A DNA stretch of 64,000 bases from an uncultured Chloroflexia bacterium. GTDB lineage: Bacteria > Chloroflexota > Limnocylindria > Limnocylindrales > CSP1-4. Below are positions 55,146-64,000 of the stretch, piece after piece. A model generated the notes under the pieces. It had not been told where the DNA came from. It did no database searches and worked only from the letters and a program-made list of their open reading frames with translations. The position numbers were made by a program, and so were the translations under genes. The first letter of the stretch is position 1; every line of letters starts with the position of its first letter. Where the stretch lies: the NCBI GenBank assembly GCA_963713975.1, contig OY970218.1, positions 32,001 to 96,000 on the forward strand, given 5' to 3'.

Positions 55146-56410
55146 CGTCCCAGCCTCAGGTGGCGGTCGAGGCCGCGCAGGTGCCGCGCGGGCGCCACGA
55201 CGGCCATCCTCAGCCCATCGTCTCGAAACAGCTGTCCGGCCAGGTCGCGGACCGCCTCGGATCGCACCGCGTCCACGGAGGCAAGCGCGTCGTCCAGCGT
55301 CAGCACCCGCTCGTGGAGCGCCTCCTGCCCGCCGATCCACGAGGCAAGGTGGCGGGTGTCGTCCATGCGCAGCTCCAGGCCTCCCGAGAGGTAGGCCTTG
55401 GCCTTGGCCAGCTCGTCGGCCGGCACCGCGTCGTCCACGAGGCGCTTCAGCTCGGCCAGGATCGCCTCGATCGCGGCCGGCAGCTGCGCCGGATCCACGC
55501 CGGCCGAGATCTCGAGGGCGCCCGCGTCCGCGTACTCCACTGCCCCCGACGAGACGTCGTAGGCCAGGCCCTTCTCCTCGCGCACCCCCAGGAAGAGCCG
55601 GCTCGACATCCCGTCGCCGAGCACCGCGTTGAGCACGGCGAGGTCCCAAGCCGCCTCGTGGTCGCGCCGGAGGGCGGGCAGCCCGATCACCAGCTGGGCC
55701 TGGGAGGTGTCGCGCTTCCCCGTGAGGACTCTGGGGCCGGCGGGCAGCGCCGGAGCCGGGGCGGCCGTGGGCGCTGACCCGATCCCGGACCCGAAGGCGG
55801 CCGCGGCCAGCTCGACCGCCTCTTCGTGCTCCAGGTCGCCGGCGACGGCTACGACCGTGTTCGCCGGCCGGTACATGGCCCCCCAGAAGTCGCGGATGGC
55901 CGCCGCAGGCAGTGCGCGGATGCCCTGCTCGTCGCCGCAGATCTCACGGCCGAGCGCGCCATCGCCGAACAGCGCGGTCTGGGCAAGCATCTGGCAGTAC
56001 TCGGAAGGATCGTCGAGATAGGACCGGATCTCCTCCACGATCACCGTCCGCTCCTGGTCGATGTCGGCGTCGTCGAGACGTGGCCGGACGATGAGCTCGC
56101 CCAAAACGTCCATCGCCCGCGCCGCCTCGCGCCGCGGCACGCGCGCCCAGTAGACGGTGGACTCGCGGTCCGTGGCCGCGTTCGCGGAGCCGCCGACGCC
56201 CTCGATCGCCTCGCTGATCGCCCGGCTCGACGGGTAGCGGGCCGTGCCCTTGAAGGTCAGGTGTTCCATGAAGTGCGCGACACCGGCCTCGGCGGGCGCC
56301 TCCAGGCGCGACCCCGCCAGCACGTACGCGGCGATAGCGACGGATCGGGAGCCCGGCAGGCGGGCGGAGATGACACGCGGCCCCTGGGGCAGCTCGGTCC
56401 GGTGGAACAT
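55142..56410 (-). CDS. M16 family zinc metallopeptidase
   Basis: Inverted zinc motif HFMEH, FKGT, ANAAT, SSRLF..VREEKGLAY. Confidence 0.93.
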   Translation of the reverse strand: MFHRTELPQGPRVISARLPGSRSVAIAAYVLAGSRLEAPAEAGVAHFMEHLTFKGTARYPSSRAISEAIEGVGGSANAATDRESTVYWARVPRREAARAMDVLGELIVRPRLDDADIDQERTVIVEEIRSYLDDPSEYCQMLAQTALFGDGALGREICGDEQGIRALPAAAIRDFWGAMYRPANTVVAVAGDLEHEEAVELAAAAFGSGIGSAPTAAPAPALPAGPRVLTGKRDTSQAQLVIGLPALRRDHEAAWDLAVLNAVLGDGMSSRLFLGVREEKGLAYDVSSGAVEYADAGALEISAGVDPAQLPAAIEAILAELKRLVDDAVPADELAKAKAYLSGGLELRMDDTRHLASWIGGQEALHERVLTLDDALASVDAVRSEAVRDLAGQLFRDDGLRMAVVAPARHLRGLDRHLRLGR

Positions 56411-56618
56411 CGCCCCGATGGTAGCCCCGAGCGCCACCCAGCGCGCCGAAACGGCGCAGTCCGGCCACAACCGGATGGCATCCATAGGGCGACGCGCGCG
56501 CGACGTTGCCGCCCTCGATGCAGCCTATGATGGCGGCTTGTCACCACGACCGGCGGCGGGGCGTGTCGCGCGGTCTGGCGTGTGCCTAGTCGCGTCCCGC
56601 GAAGGAGGAGAAAGATCG

Positions 56619-57878
56619 ATGGTGGGTCGCACTGGGCGGATTCTGACCCTGCTGATGGCCGGGTCCCTGGTGGTCGGCGGGTGCTCGCAGGCTGCATCGA
56701 GCCCGGCGGCGTCGGGCCCGGCGGCGTCGAGCACAGGCTGTAGTGCCGGTGCCGCCTCGGGGACGCAGATCCCCGAGATCGAAGAGGGCAAGTTCAACGT
56801 GGCCATGGTCCTCATCGGACCGCACGACGATGGCGGCTGGAGCCAGGCTCACTACGAGGGCCTGCTGTCCCTGTGCGAGAACGTCGAGGAGACGCACGTC
56901 GCCTACATCGAGAACGTGCCCGAAGGCGCCGACTCCGAGCAGACCTTCCGATCGCTGGCGCGCAAGGGCTTCGACTTCATCATCGGCACGTCCTTCGGGT
57001 ACATGGACCCGATGGAGGCCGTTGCCACCGAGTTCCCCGACCAGACGTTCCTCCATCTCACCGGGTACAAGAGCAACGGCAAGAACTTCGGCAACTTCTT
57101 CGGCGCGATGGAGGACTTCAAGTACCTCGCCGGCATGCTCGCGGGCTCGCGCGCCAAGGCTGACGGCAACCCGAAGATCGGCTACATGGCGACCTTCCCG
57201 ATCCCCGAGGAGCTCCGCCTGGGCAACGCCATCATGCGCGGCGTGAAGCAGACATGCCCCGAGTGCACGATGGACGTGGTGTTCATCAACACCTGGCACG
57301 ACCCGATCAAGGAGAAGGCCGGGGCGACCGCGCTGTTCGACGCCGGGGCCCAGGTGGTGTTCACGGGTGCCGACACCGGCGCCGTGGCGGATGTTGCCCA
57401 GGAGAAGGGCAAGTGGGGCATCACGTACGACCACCCGGCATCGTGCAAGGTGGACGCCTGCATGACCGCCCCGTACTGGATCTGGGGTCCCGAATACTCC
57501 CGCATCGCGGAGGCGGTCAAGGCCGGCACCTACACCGCCGGCTACGAGTACTTCGACGCCGACTCGAAGGCGATGGGGCTGCTCGGGTTCATGGACGGCG
57601 AGGAGCTCCGCGCCGGCGTCAAGGACCTCCCCAAGGCCGACCTTGCGAAGGTCAAGGACACGCTGGCCCAGATGCTCGCCGGCACCTTCAACCGGTTCGA
57701 CGTCTTCGCCGGGCCGCTCACGGACAACACCGGCAAGCAGCTCCTCGCCGTCGGCGAGAAGCTTGAGCAGTCGGACCTCGACCAGTTCCCGCCCGGTGCC
57801 CCGGGCAGCGAGTGCAAGACCTGCATGTACTGGTGGAACGACGGAATCCAGGCCGAGCTGCCGGCACTCGACAACTAG
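56619..57878 (+). CDS. BMP family ABC substrate-binding lipoprotein (nucleoside/purine type)
   Basis: Lipobox VVGGC, IGPHDDGGWSQAH, GTSFGY, WHDP; AAGGAGG SD. Confidence 0.9.
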   Translation: MVGRTGRILTLLMAGSLVVGGCSQAASSPAASGPAASSTGCSAGAASGTQIPEIEEGKFNVAMVLIGPHDDGGWSQAHYEGLLSLCENVEETHVAYIENVPEGADSEQTFRSLARKGFDFIIGTSFGYMDPMEAVATEFPDQTFLHLTGYKSNGKNFGNFFGAMEDFKYLAGMLAGSRAKADGNPKIGYMATFPIPEELRLGNAIMRGVKQTCPECTMDVVFINTWHDPIKEKAGATALFDAGAQVVFTGADTGAVADVAQEKGKWGITYDHPASCKVDACMTAPYWIWGPEYSRIAEAVKAGTYTAGYEYFDADSKAMGLLGFMDGEELRAGVKDLPKADLAKVKDTLAQMLAGTFNRFDVFAGPLTDNTGKQLLAVGEKLEQSDLDQFPPGAPGSECKTCMYWWNDGIQAELPALDN

Positions 57879-57914
57879 CCGATCGGTCGCGACTCCGGCA
57901 TCGAGCTCCACCAG

Positions 57915-59495
57915 GTGAGCGAACAGGCAACCACGGCCGGCGCCATCGCGGCGCCGGCCGTCGAGTTGCGTGGCATCGTCAAGCGGTTCCCGGGCGTCGT
58001 CGCCAACGACGACGTCGATTTCGCGTTGACGGTCGGCGAGGTCCACGCCCTTCTCGGGGAGAACGGCGCCGGCAAGAGCACCCTCATGAACATCCTCGAC
58101 GGGCTGTACCAGCCCGACAGCGGGGAGATCCTGATCGACGGCCGGCCCATGGCGTTCCGCTCCCCGCGGGACGCGATCGCGGCCGGCCTCGGGATGGTCC
58201 ACCAGCACTTCGCGCTGGTCGCGTCGATGACGGTCACGGAGAACATCCTCATCGGCCTCGACCGGCCTCGACTCCGGCTGGACCTGCGCCGGCACGACGC
58301 CGAGATCGCCCGGCTCGCCGAGGCACACGGCCTCAACGTGGATCCGCGGGCGAAGGTGTGGCAGCTGTCCGTGGGTGAGCGCCAGCGCGTGGAGATCCTC
58401 AAGGTCCTCTACCGCGGCGCCCGGGTCCTGATCATGGACGAGCCCACGGCCGTCCTGGCCCCGCAGGAGATCGACGACCTGTTCCGCACGCTGCGGTCCA
58501 TGACCGAGGCGGGTCGGAGCATCGTGTTCATCAGCCACAAGCTCGGCGAGGTCCTGGCCATCGCGGACCGGGTCACCGTCATGCGTCGGGGAAGGGTGAC
58601 GGCGAAGGGCCTTCCCGCGGCGGGCATGACCAAGCCGCAGCTCGCCCGGTTGATGGTGGGTCGCGAGGTGCTCGAGAGCCTCGAGCGGACCTGGCTCCCG
58701 CCCGGCGACGTCGTGCTCTCGCTCGAGAACGTCCAGGCCGAGGGCGACAAGGGTGTCATGGCCCTGCGCGGCGTCGACCTCCAGGTCCGTTCGGGCGAGA
58801 TCGTGGGTATCGCAGCCGTCGCGGGCAACGGCCAGAGCGAGCTGGCGGAGGTCATCTGCGGCCTGCGCGCGTGCCACGGACGGGTCCTCGTCGGTGGTGA
58901 CGACATCGCCAACCGGCCCGTGCGCAAGGCCATCCAGCACGGCGTCGCGCATGTGCCCGAGGACCGGACGGGCGTCGGCACCGCGCCGAACCTGTCGCTC
59001 GTGGACAACCTCATCATGAAGCGCTACCGCACACGACCGATCGCCCGGGGCTGGACGATCGACATGGGCGCCGCCCGTGCTGCTGCGAGCGAGCTCAAGG
59101 ACAGCTACGAGATCTCGGCGCCGTCGATCGACACGCAGGCGCGCCTGCTCTCCGGCGGCAACATCCAGCGCCTGATCCTGGCGCGGGAGATCGAGTCCGC
59201 GCCCCGCCTGATGATCGCGGTCCAGCCCACCCGCGGCCTGGACGTCGGTGCGGTCGAGTCGGCCCACCGACTGCTCATGGAGCGCCGTACGGCCGGCGCG
59301 GCCATCCTGCTCATCTCGGAGGACCTGGACGAGATCCTCGCCCTGTCGGACCGCATCGCCGTGCTGTACGAGGGCAGGATCGCAGGGATCTCCGACTCGT
59401 CCGATGCAGACGTCACCACGATCGGCCTCCAGATGACCGGCGGCTCGGGCGAGGACCAGCCTGCAGCGCCGACCCTGTCCGGAGGCGCCGCATGA
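57915..59495 (+). CDS. ABC transporter ATP-binding protein (tandem NBD, CUT2/nucleoside type)
   Basis: GENGAGKST, LSVGERQR, DEPT, LSGGNIQR, QPTRGLDVG. Confidence 0.93.
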   Translation: MSEQATTAGAIAAPAVELRGIVKRFPGVVANDDVDFALTVGEVHALLGENGAGKSTLMNILDGLYQPDSGEILIDGRPMAFRSPRDAIAAGLGMVHQHFALVASMTVTENILIGLDRPRLRLDLRRHDAEIARLAEAHGLNVDPRAKVWQLSVGERQRVEILKVLYRGARVLIMDEPTAVLAPQEIDDLFRTLRSMTEAGRSIVFISHKLGEVLAIADRVTVMRRGRVTAKGLPAAGMTKPQLARLMVGREVLESLERTWLPPGDVVLSLENVQAEGDKGVMALRGVDLQVRSGEIVGIAAVAGNGQSELAEVICGLRACHGRVLVGGDDIANRPVRKAIQHGVAHVPEDRTGVGTAPNLSLVDNLIMKRYRTRPIARGWTIDMGAARAAASELKDSYEISAPSIDTQARLLSGGNIQRLILAREIESAPRLMIAVQPTRGLDVGAVESAHRLLMERRTAGAAILLISEDLDEILALSDRIAVLYEGRIAGISDSSDADVTTIGLQMTGGSGEDQPAAPTLSGGAA

Positions 59496-60628
59496 GCGCC
59501 CTCCGCGGCGGCCTCCCCTTCGCCATGCGCCTCGAGCCCAGGGTCGAGACGTCGCGATGGCTGTCGCCAGCGCTGACGGCGGGCGCCCTCGCCGTCGCGC
59601 TCCTCGTCTCCGGGCTGATCCTCGCGATCGTCGGCGCCGACCCGATCCGGGTCTACCTCCACATCGTCGGCTCGTCGCTCGGCAGCGTCGGCGCGATCTC
59701 GGACACGCTCGTCAAGTCGACGCCGCTCATTCTGACCGGCCTCGCCTGCGCCCTCGCTTTCCGGATGCGCCTCTGGAACATCGGCGCCGAGGGCCAGCTG
59801 CTGCTCGGTGCCTGGGCGGCCGCCGCCGTGGTCCTGGTGCCGATCGTGCCGGCCGGGTCGCCGGGCATCGTGGTGCTGGCCGTCATGCTGGTCGCCGGGT
59901 TCCTGGGCGGTGCGGCGTGGGGCCTGATCCCGGGCGTGCTCCGGGCGCGCTTCGGGGTCAACGAGATCATCGCCACGCTGATGCTCAACAGCATCGCCTT
60001 CGCGTGGATCCAGTACTGGGTGTTCGGCCCGTGGACCGAGGGCGGCTTCCAGATGACGCAGCAGTTCCCGGTCGAAGCCTGGCTCCCGCGCCTCAACGAC
60101 CTCGCTGAGGCGGTGCCGGGGCTCCGAGGCCTGACGGTCCATGGCGGGTTCCTGATCGCGCTCCTGGCGGCCGTCGTGGTCTGGCTGATCGTCGAGCGGA
60201 GCGCCTGGGGCTACGAGATCCGTCTCATCGGCGACAACCCGCGTGCCGCGAGGTACGCCGGGATCCGGATCGCCAGGAACATCCTCCTCGTGTTCGCCGT
60301 GTCCGGCGGCCTCGCCGGGATCGCGGGCATGGCGGAGATCGCGGGCGTCGTCCACCGTCTCCAGGACAACTTCTCGCCGGGCTACGGCTACACCGCGATC
60401 ATCGTCGCCTACCTGGCCAAGTTCCACCCGCTGCGGGTTGTGCCCGTCGCCATCCTTTTCGGGGCGCTCATCCTCGCCGGTCGGGAGATCCAGCCATCGG
60501 GCGTGCCGGCGATGATCCAGGGGACCATCCTGTTCTGCCTGATCGCGAGCGAGGTCTTCCTCCGCTACCGGATCGCCATCGTCCGTCGCCCGTCGCCGGT
60601 TGGCGGGGCCGTCGGCGTGGGGGAGTAG
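59492..60628 (+). CDS. ABC transporter permease (nucleoside type)
   Basis: WNIGAEGQ, NEIIATLMLN, GYEIR..GDNPRAARYAG, GYGYTAI. Confidence 0.92.
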   Translation: MSALRGGLPFAMRLEPRVETSRWLSPALTAGALAVALLVSGLILAIVGADPIRVYLHIVGSSLGSVGAISDTLVKSTPLILTGLACALAFRMRLWNIGAEGQLLLGAWAAAAVVLVPIVPAGSPGIVVLAVMLVAGFLGGAAWGLIPGVLRARFGVNEIIATLMLNSIAFAWIQYWVFGPWTEGGFQMTQQFPVEAWLPRLNDLAEAVPGLRGLTVHGGFLIALLAAVVVWLIVERSAWGYEIRLIGDNPRAARYAGIRIARNILLVFAVSGGLAGIAGMAEIAGVVHRLQDNFSPGYGYTAIIVAYLAKFHPLRVVPVAILFGALILAGREIQPSGVPAMIQGTILFCLIASEVFLRYRIAIVRRPSPVGGAVGVGE

Positions 60629-60630
60629 CG

Positions 60631-61599
60631 ATGGACCTCGAGCTGATCGCCGCTGCCGGGATCGCGGTGGGCACGATCCTCCTGTTCGCGGCCGTGGGCG
60701 AGATCCTCGCGGAGCGGGCCGGGGTCATCAACCTTGGCGTCGAGGGCATGATGCTCATCGGCGCCGTCGTCGGCTACGCGACGGCCGTGTCGACCGGCAA
60801 CCCATGGCTGGGCGTCGCATCCGCGATGCTAGCGGGCGGGCTCCTCAGCCTCCTGCACGCGATCGTCACGATCACCTTCCGCGCCGACCAGGTCGTCTCC
60901 GGGCTCGCGCTCACGTTCCTCGGCACCGGACTCGCGCGCGTGCTCGGCGAGGGGCTCAGCAAGGCGGGGGCGATCGGGCTCCTGCCCCGGTTCTCGATCC
61001 CGCTGCTCTCGGAGATCCCCGTGCTCGGCCGGATCGCCTTCACCGAGCAGAGCATCCTGGTCTATGTCGGCTACCTGCTGGTGCCGGCGACCTGGTACTG
61101 GATCAACCGGACGCGGCCGGGCCTCCACCTGCGGTCGGTCGGAGAGGAGCCCGCCGCCGCCGATGCGCTGGGTGTGAACGTGTACCTGACCCGCTATCGG
61201 TACGTGTTCGCAGGGGGGCTGCTGGCGGGCCTGGCGGGAGCGACGATCACGCTCGCGGTCCAGCCGGGGTGGTTCGGCGCCCTCACGGTGAATGGGCGCG
61301 GGTGGATCGCCGTCGGGCTGGTCATCTTCGCCCAGTGGTCGCCGTTCCGGGCGGCAGCTGGCGCGTACCTGTTCGGCGCGGTGGTCCAGCTCACCCTGGC
61401 GATGCAGCTACCGCCAACGTTCCTCGGGCTGCCGAACCCGTTCTACTCGTACCACCCGAACACGTTCTTCCTGGAGATGCTCCCCTATGCGCTGGTGCTG
61501 GTCGCGCTCGTCCTCGGATCGCGCGATGCGATGCGCAAGCGCATCGGGGCGCCGGCGGCACTGGGCGTCCCGTACGTGCGAGGCGAGCGGGGCCGGTAG
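60631..61599 (+). CDS. ABC transporter permease (nucleoside type)
   Basis: ERAGVINLGVEGMM, GLHLRSVGE, GRGWIA, PAALGVPY. Confidence 0.92.
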   Translation: MDLELIAAAGIAVGTILLFAAVGEILAERAGVINLGVEGMMLIGAVVGYATAVSTGNPWLGVASAMLAGGLLSLLHAIVTITFRADQVVSGLALTFLGTGLARVLGEGLSKAGAIGLLPRFSIPLLSEIPVLGRIAFTEQSILVYVGYLLVPATWYWINRTRPGLHLRSVGEEPAAADALGVNVYLTRYRYVFAGGLLAGLAGATITLAVQPGWFGALTVNGRGWIAVGLVIFAQWSPFRAAAGAYLFGAVVQLTLAMQLPPTFLGLPNPFYSYHPNTFFLEMLPYALVLVALVLGSRDAMRKRIGAPAALGVPYVRGERGR

Positions 61600-61632
61600 C
61601 CGGCGACATCTCGCGAGGCCAGTGGTCTGCCG

Positions 61633-62064
61633 CTACTCCTCGGGACCGTCCATGCCCGTGAGCTCCATCTGGACGAAGCCGCCCATGGCGAGCTCGAGCT
61701 GGCGGGGCGCCGACGGCCCATCGTCGTCGCCAGCGCTGCGGGGCACGAACTCGATCACCACCCGCTCGTCGCCCTGGACCAGGGTGTAGACGAGGAGCTG
61801 GTCGGGACGGGTCTCGAACTCCAGGTGCTCGAACGAATCCACGTTGATCGTGATGGCGATCGGCGTGAAGTACGTCGACACGTCGGGCTCGTCCGCGACG
61901 ACGCGCTCCACCCAGCCGGTCCCGCTCGCGACCATGTCGCGTCCCCGGAAGAACCGGTACGCGACCGTCTGCTTGATGATCGGCCGGAGGACGTTCTGGA
62001 CATCCGTCCGAGTGGTCACGAGTCCCTGGTTGACGAAGAACTTCGCGGGCGGTTCGCTCGCCAC
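61633..62064 (-). CDS. Hypothetical protein (143 aa)
   Basis: GGAGG SD before the GTG, TAGGAT -10 upstream, GC3-rich codons; no recognised family. Confidence 0.7.
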   Translation of the reverse strand: MASEPPAKFFVNQGLVTTRTDVQNVLRPIIKQTVAYRFFRGRDMVASGTGWVERVVADEPDVSTYFTPIAITINVDSFEHLEFETRPDQLLVYTLVQGDERVVIEFVPRSAGDDDGPSAPRQLELAMGGFVQMELTGMDGPEE

Positions 62065-62170
62065 GGTAGGCCTCCAACCTCGTTCCTGAGGGGGCGAATC
62101 CTAGCCCACCGAGCCGGTTGCGGGTTGGTGGCGAACGCATGGGTCGGGACCCCGCCCGGGTCCAGCCGCG

Positions 62171-62194
62171 GGTTGCGCGTGCGGTTGCGCGTGC
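62171..62194. repeat. 12-bp tandem repeat GGTTGCGCGTGC x2
   Basis: Copies at 62171-62182 and 62183-62194 in the divergent intergenic region. Confidence 0.75.
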
Positions 62195-62374
62195 GTCCCA
62201 CGCACGCTCTCGGGTCCCGTCGGTCGTCGGGGCGCGCTGCGCGCACCGGCGGGACAGGGTGCATGCCCGTTGCAGCACCTGCGAGGTGGTCAGCATGCGC
62301 GACAGGCACATCCTGAGGTCTTGGTGCGGGAAGCAGAGCGGCTCGTCGGGCCGCTGCGCACGTATGATCCCTGC

Positions 62375-63184
62375 ATGCTGCTCGCGATCGACATCGGCAA
62401 CACGAACCTGACCCTCGGCCTCGTCGACGGCGGGGCGATCGTGGCAACCCGTCGCGCCGGGACCCACCGCGCGACGACCACCGACGAGATGGAGCTGCTC
62501 CTCGACGGCCTGCTGTCGCTCGATGGGCGGAGCCTGGAGGGAGTGGGCGGTGTCGTGCTCGCCTCCGTCGTCCCATCGCAGACGGGCATGGTGGAGGCCG
62601 TCACGAACCGGCGCGGCCTGCCGCTGGTGGTCGCGACCGCCGGCACGGTGCCGCTCGCGATCCGCGTCGACCGCCCGGGTCAGGTCGGACCAGACCGCAT
62701 CGTCAATGCCCTCGCCGCGCAGCGGCTGTACGGCACGCCCGCGGTGGTCGTGGACATGGGCACGGCGACCACGCTGGACTGCGTGGGCAGCGACGGGGCG
62801 TTCGTCGGCGGTGCCATCGCCCCCGGCCTCCAACTCGGCCTGGACGCCCTCGCGAGCCACACGGCCCGGCTGCCGCGGATCGAGCTCCGGAGCCCGGACC
62901 GGGCGATCGGGCGTGACACCGTGGGCGCCATGCAGAGCGGGACGGTGTTCGGCTACCAGGCCCTGGTCGCGGGGCTCCTCGCGAGGATCCGGCGCGAGCT
63001 CGCCGACCAGTCCGACACGACCCCGGACCGGGTCCACGCGATCCTCACCGGGGGCCTGTCCGCGGAGCCGTGGGCACGGGACGTGGACGGCGTGACGGCC
63101 ATCGACCCGGAGCTTACGCTCAAGGGCCTGGCGATCCTGTACGCGGAGGTCGCGGGAGGCGAGCCATTGGACGGCACCCGGTGA
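62375..63184 (+). CDS. coaX: Type III pantothenate kinase
   Basis: LAIDIGNT, ASVVP, VGPDR, VDMGTATT, GGAIAPG, TGG, LTLKGL; TATGAT 6 nt before the ATG. Confidence 0.94.
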   Translation: MLLAIDIGNTNLTLGLVDGGAIVATRRAGTHRATTTDEMELLLDGLLSLDGRSLEGVGGVVLASVVPSQTGMVEAVTNRRGLPLVVATAGTVPLAIRVDRPGQVGPDRIVNALAAQRLYGTPAVVVDMGTATTLDCVGSDGAFVGGAIAPGLQLGLDALASHTARLPRIELRSPDRAIGRDTVGAMQSGTVFGYQALVAGLLARIRRELADQSDTTPDRVHAILTGGLSAEPWARDVDGVTAIDPELTLKGLAILYAEVAGGEPLDGTR

Positions 63185-64000
63185 GCGGCCGCCTCGAGGG
63201 GCGCCTGGTCGGGCTGGGCGTCTGCGGGTCCATCGCCGCCTACAAGGCCGTGGAGCTGCTCCGCCTGCTGCGCGCCGAGGGTGCGGACGTGGTGGTCATG
63301 CTGACCCCGGCAGCAGCCGTCTTCGTCGGGCCGCTGACGTTCGGGGCGCTCTCCCGCCACCCGGTCGAGACGGACGTTCTGGGGCTCCTCCCGGACCAGC
63401 GGATCGGCCACATCGTGGTCGCCGACAGCGCCGATGCGATCGTCGTCGCCCCGGCAACCGCCCGCTGGCTGGGCGCCATGGCCAACGGGATCGCCAGCGA
63501 CAGCATCACGGCCGCCTGCCTGGCGACCACGGCCCCCGTGGTTATCGCGCCGGCGATGGACGGCGACATGTGGTCGCACCGCGCGACGCGCGACAACGTG
63601 GACCGGCTCCAGCGCGACTTCGGCTACCGCCTGGTACCGCCGGAGATCGGGTCCCTGGCGTCCGGCCAGTCCGGGATCGGACGCCTGGCGGACCTGCCAC
63701 TCATCGTGGACGCCGTCGTCGACGCCGTGGAGGGCCGACCGGTCCGCGAGCCGGACCCGGCGGGGCGCCCGCCGCTGGTGCCGCCACCCGCCGTGCGCGA
63801 CCTCGAGGACCGCCACCTGGTGGTGACCGCGGGGGGGACGGCCGAGGCCATCGATCCCGTCCGGTTCATCGGCAACCGGAGCACCGGCCGCATGGGCGTC
63901 GCCATCGCGGAGGCCGCCCTGGCACGCGGCGCGCGCGTCACGATCGTCGCAGGGCGCTTGGAGGTGCCGCTCCCCGACGGGGCGAGCGTCGTCCGCGCCG
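63181..64000 (+). CDS. coaBC: Bifunctional phosphopantothenoylcysteine decarboxylase/ligase, 3'-truncated by the window edge
   Basis: Open frame from GTG 63181: GVCGSIAAYKA, APATA, APAMD..MW, VTAGGTAEAIDPVRFIGNRSTGRMG. Confidence 0.93.
   Translation, partial: MSGRLEGRLVGLGVCGSIAAYKAVELLRLLRAEGADVVVMLTPAAAVFVGPLTFGALSRHPVETDVLGLLPDQRIGHIVVADSADAIVVAPATARWLGAMANGIASDSITAACLATTAPVVIAPAMDGDMWSHRATRDNVDRLQRDFGYRLVPPEIGSLASGQSGIGRLADLPLIVDAVVDAVEGRPVREPDPAGRPPLVPPPAVRDLEDRHLVVTAGGTAEAIDPVRFIGNRSTGRMGVAIAEAALARGARVTIVAGRLEVPLPDGASVVRA

Noticed and set aside
56526-56618. Purine riboswitch before the BMP nucleoside ABC operon
   Set aside because: The short leader lacks the purine-aptamer consensus and has no terminator.
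56586-59267. 893-aa minus-strand ORF
   Set aside because: Antisense shadow of the BMP lipoprotein and ABC ATPase genes.

Overview
A high-GC, gene-dense stretch of core chromosome with no integrase, transposase, prophage or CRISPR signal. The gene mix (T-box regulation, class I LysRS, heliorhodopsin, frequent leaderless starts) is most consistent with a Chloroflexota genome, possibly Limnocylindria/Ellin6529-like; this is an inference. Contents in order: an IspD/TarI-SDR fusion and a TagF-like gene; nucleoside hydrolase; MarR; tRNA-Ser(GCT) and tRNA-Arg(GCG); an aro operon (aroF-aroA-aroE-aroC-aroKB-chorismate mutase-gluQ) behind a candidate Tyr/Phe leader-peptide attenuator; cydABDC; a Trp T-box-controlled trp operon with a TrpC-TrpF-TrpB triple fusion; glgC; heliorhodopsin; tRNA-Ser(TGA); greA-lysS(class I)-serS; a divergent DeoR-controlled alpha-galactoside/tagatose-type catabolic cluster; argR, uppP, hppA; lepB plus a degenerate antiporter-like membrane pair; ndk; M16 peptidase; a BMP-type ABC transporter; coaX and partial coaBC. 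Best leads: the TrpCFB fusion, the PTS-independent galactoside-to-tagatose pathway, the aro attenuator, the heliorhodopsin context, the degenerate Mrp/Nuo-like pair and the GCG-anticodon tRNA-Arg. All calls come from reading motifs by eye; no database searches were run.
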